Assembly: GCA_017457215.1 (NCBI GenBank)
Contig: JAFTHU010000001.1
Location: 21,563 to 85,562, forward strand
Reading direction: 5' to 3'
Length of the DNA stretch: 64,000 nucleotides
DNA from: Clostridia bacterium
GTDB lineage: Bacteria; Bacillota; Clostridia; Christensenellales; Borkfalkiaceae
Both the position numbers and the translations under genes were made by a program. The stretch's first letter is position 1; every line of letters starts with the position of its first letter. The notes below the pieces were generated by a model. It did not search any database. It saw only the letters and a list, made by a program, of their open reading frames with translations, and was not told the DNA's origin. Below are positions 62,710 to 64,000 of this stretch, piece after piece.

Positions 62710-63486
62710 ATGAAAAAACAAAAAAATCCACCGACCCAAAAACGGAAATGGTGGTTTCGGTTTATGAAAAAATTAATGAAAGGGAGATACAAACGTCCCA
62801 CTTTCGTCTATATGGGCGAAAAATTCAGCAACGGCGCGGTGGTATTAAGCAACCATGAGGGCACGGACGCTCCCCTTTCGCTGGAAATGTATTGCGACAA
62901 ACCCGTTCGTATGTGGGGCGCATGGGAAATGAACTCGGGTGTGATACAGATGTATAAATATCAATCACGGGTATATTACCACGAAAAGAAGCATTGGAAT
63001 TTGTTTCTTGCCCGTTTGTTCTGTTTAATTGCCAGTCCGCTGACGAACTTGTTTTATAAGGGATTGAATTTGATTTCCACCTACCGCGATGCACGTTTTA
63101 TGAAGACTCTTCGCCAAAGTGTGGAAGCCATTCAAAACGGCGAAAATATCGTAATTTTCCCCGAAGATTCCACCAAGGGGTATTTGGAACAGTTAGAAGA
63201 TTTCCACCACGGCTTTTTAGCGCTTTGCGAATACTGTGCAAAAAAAGGCATCGACGTTCCTATTTACGTAACCTATTTCCGTAAAAAAGATTTAACGTAT
63301 TTCGTGGATAACCCTATTTTGTATTCCGAACTGAAAAAGACAGAAAGTACGAAAGAAGCGATGGCAAAACGCCTTTTAGACCGTTGTAACGAGCTTGGAC
63401 AAATGCAGGTGGAAAGACCCGAGGGGGCAACCGAACTTTTCCTTGGTCAGCAGGCTATCGCCGAAGTGGCAGCAGCCGACGCCTAA
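62710..63486 (+). CDS. Lysophospholipid/glycerol-3-phosphate acyltransferase-family protein (putative)
   Basis: 258 aa. SNHEGTDAP and FPEDSTKG resemble acyltransferase blocks I and III, although the His-Asp spacing is one residue shorter than the classical HX4D. AAGAGG RBS. Confidence 0.55.
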   Translation: MKKQKNPPTQKRKWWFRFMKKLMKGRYKRPTFVYMGEKFSNGAVVLSNHEGTDAPLSLEMYCDKPVRMWGAWEMNSGVIQMYKYQSRVYYHEKKHWNLFLARLFCLIASPLTNLFYKGLNLISTYRDARFMKTLRQSVEAIQNGENIVIFPEDSTKGYLEQLEDFHHGFLALCEYCAKKGIDVPIYVTYFRKKDLTYFVDNPILYSELKKTESTKEAMAKRLLDRCNELGQMQVERPEGATELFLGQQAIAEVAAADA

Positions 63487-63495
63487 CCTAGTAAA

Positions 63496-63552
63496 ATGGC
63501 ATATTTTTTTGAAGTTCCCGTAGATTTATTACTTGGCAGAACAGAATATTAA
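63496..63552 (+). pseudogene. Remnant of the 3' end of an XRE-family HTH gene
   Basis: It encodes MAYFFEVPVDLLLGRTEY*. The F.V..D.LLG ending is the typical C-terminal end of Cro/CI-type HTH domains. There is no room for the rest of the gene. Confidence 0.4.
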
Positions 63553-63592
63553 CATAATAGCACGAACAATATCCACTATCCAATAAAAATCC

Positions 63593-63639
63593 CCACAAAA
63601 AAAACACCCGCAATGGGGGTGCATTTTTTGTGGCGCAGA
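63593..63639. repeat. 47-nt direct repeat, copy 1 (terminator palindrome plus the tRNA-Ser 3' end)
   Basis: ccacaaaaaaaacacccgcaatgggggtgcattttttgtggcgcaga matches 63773-63819 at 45 of 47 positions (hand alignment). Confidence 0.85.
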
Positions 63640-63772
63640 ATATCGAATATTTTGTTGCAAGCAACAAAGCTTCGCCCTACCGACCTTTCCCGTCGATTAG
63701 CCCGCCCCCCGTTTGTGGTTAGGGCTCGCGCGAACCTCCGTTACTTCGTCGTGCCTCAAGCTCTTCTCTGCG

Positions 63773-63819
63773 CCACAAAAAAAGCACCCGCAATGGGGGT
63801 GCTTTTTTTGTGGCGCAGA
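63773..63819. repeat. 47-nt direct repeat, copy 2, overlapping the 3' end of tRNA-Ser and its terminator
   Basis: ccacaaaaaaagcacccgcaatgggggtgctttttttgtggcgcaga. It is part of a longer palindrome: CTCTTCTCTGCGCCACAAAAAAAGCACCC-gcaat-GGGGTGCTTTTTTTGTGGCGCAGAGAAGAG. Confidence 0.85.
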
Positions 63820-63901
63820 GAAGAGGATTCGAACCTCCGGTACGTTTCAGGCGCACACACGATTTCCAATCGTGCTCCTTAAACCACTCAGACATCTCTG
63901 C
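63811..63901 (-). tRNA. tRNA-Ser(GGA), type II, with encoded CCA
   Basis: The reverse complement is GCAGAGA-TG-TCT-GAGTGGTTTAA-GGA-G-CACGA-TTGGAAA-TCGTG-(long variable arm)-GGAGG-TTCGAAT-CCTCT-TCTCTGC-G-CCA. All stems pair. Confidence 0.9.
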
Positions 63902-64000
63902 ATTAAGATTCTACGCTTTCCGTTCAGCGCCTATTTATATTACTGTATTTTTTAGAAAAATGCAAGCGTTTTCGGCTGTATTTATAAAATTTTTTAAAAA

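Overview
This 64-kb chromosomal segment looks like a Bacillota (Clostridia-type) genome. It has near-consensus sigma-A promoters, strong GGAGG ribosome-binding sites, lipobox lipoproteins, NfnAB, DegV, a UPF0210/ACT pair and tsaC-ywlE-rpiB synteny. No searches were run; every family call comes from motifs read by eye in the ORF track and the DNA.

Layout:
- (i) 0.1-5.5 kb: a lipoprotein, nfnAB and a cation/proton antiporter.
- (ii) 5.5-38.4 kb: a large glycan-utilisation region. It holds a surface lipoprotein with sialyltransferase-like (GT80) motifs, an M20 amidohydrolase and a GH78-like/HAD/GH2 beta-mannosidase sub-operon. It also holds a ~15.3-kb operon (DUF4434-like enzyme, ABC binding protein, two permeases, then three giant exported proteins of 1043, 746 and 1591 aa). 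Two AraC-family regulators, a DUF4432/cupin/GH42-like operon and fucU plus an Fe-alcohol dehydrogenase complete it.
- (iii) 38.4-43.2 kb: an AT-richer accessory patch abutting tRNA-Leu(CAG). It holds an orphan promoter-hairpin-terminator unit (candidate sRNA) and an orphan immunity-gene fragment. It also holds a YgjV-like membrane protein with a GH42-like enzyme, and a two-gene MuF-tail/DUF6883-like toxin plus DUF4926-like immunity cassette. That cassette is bracketed by a duplicated copy of the tRNA terminator.
- (iv) 43.3-60.5 kb: a 17-gene co-directional housekeeping array from sbcDC to an S51 peptidase. It is followed by a DnaD/DnaB-type replication protein, an acyltransferase and tRNA-Ser(GGA) with an integration-scar-like repeat structure.

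No rRNA, CRISPR array, transposase or integrase was seen. The most unusual items are the exported GT80-like lipoprotein, the surface-protein-dominated ABC operon with its repeated TGCAATTT boxes, and the integrase-less toxin/immunity cassette next to tRNA-Leu.
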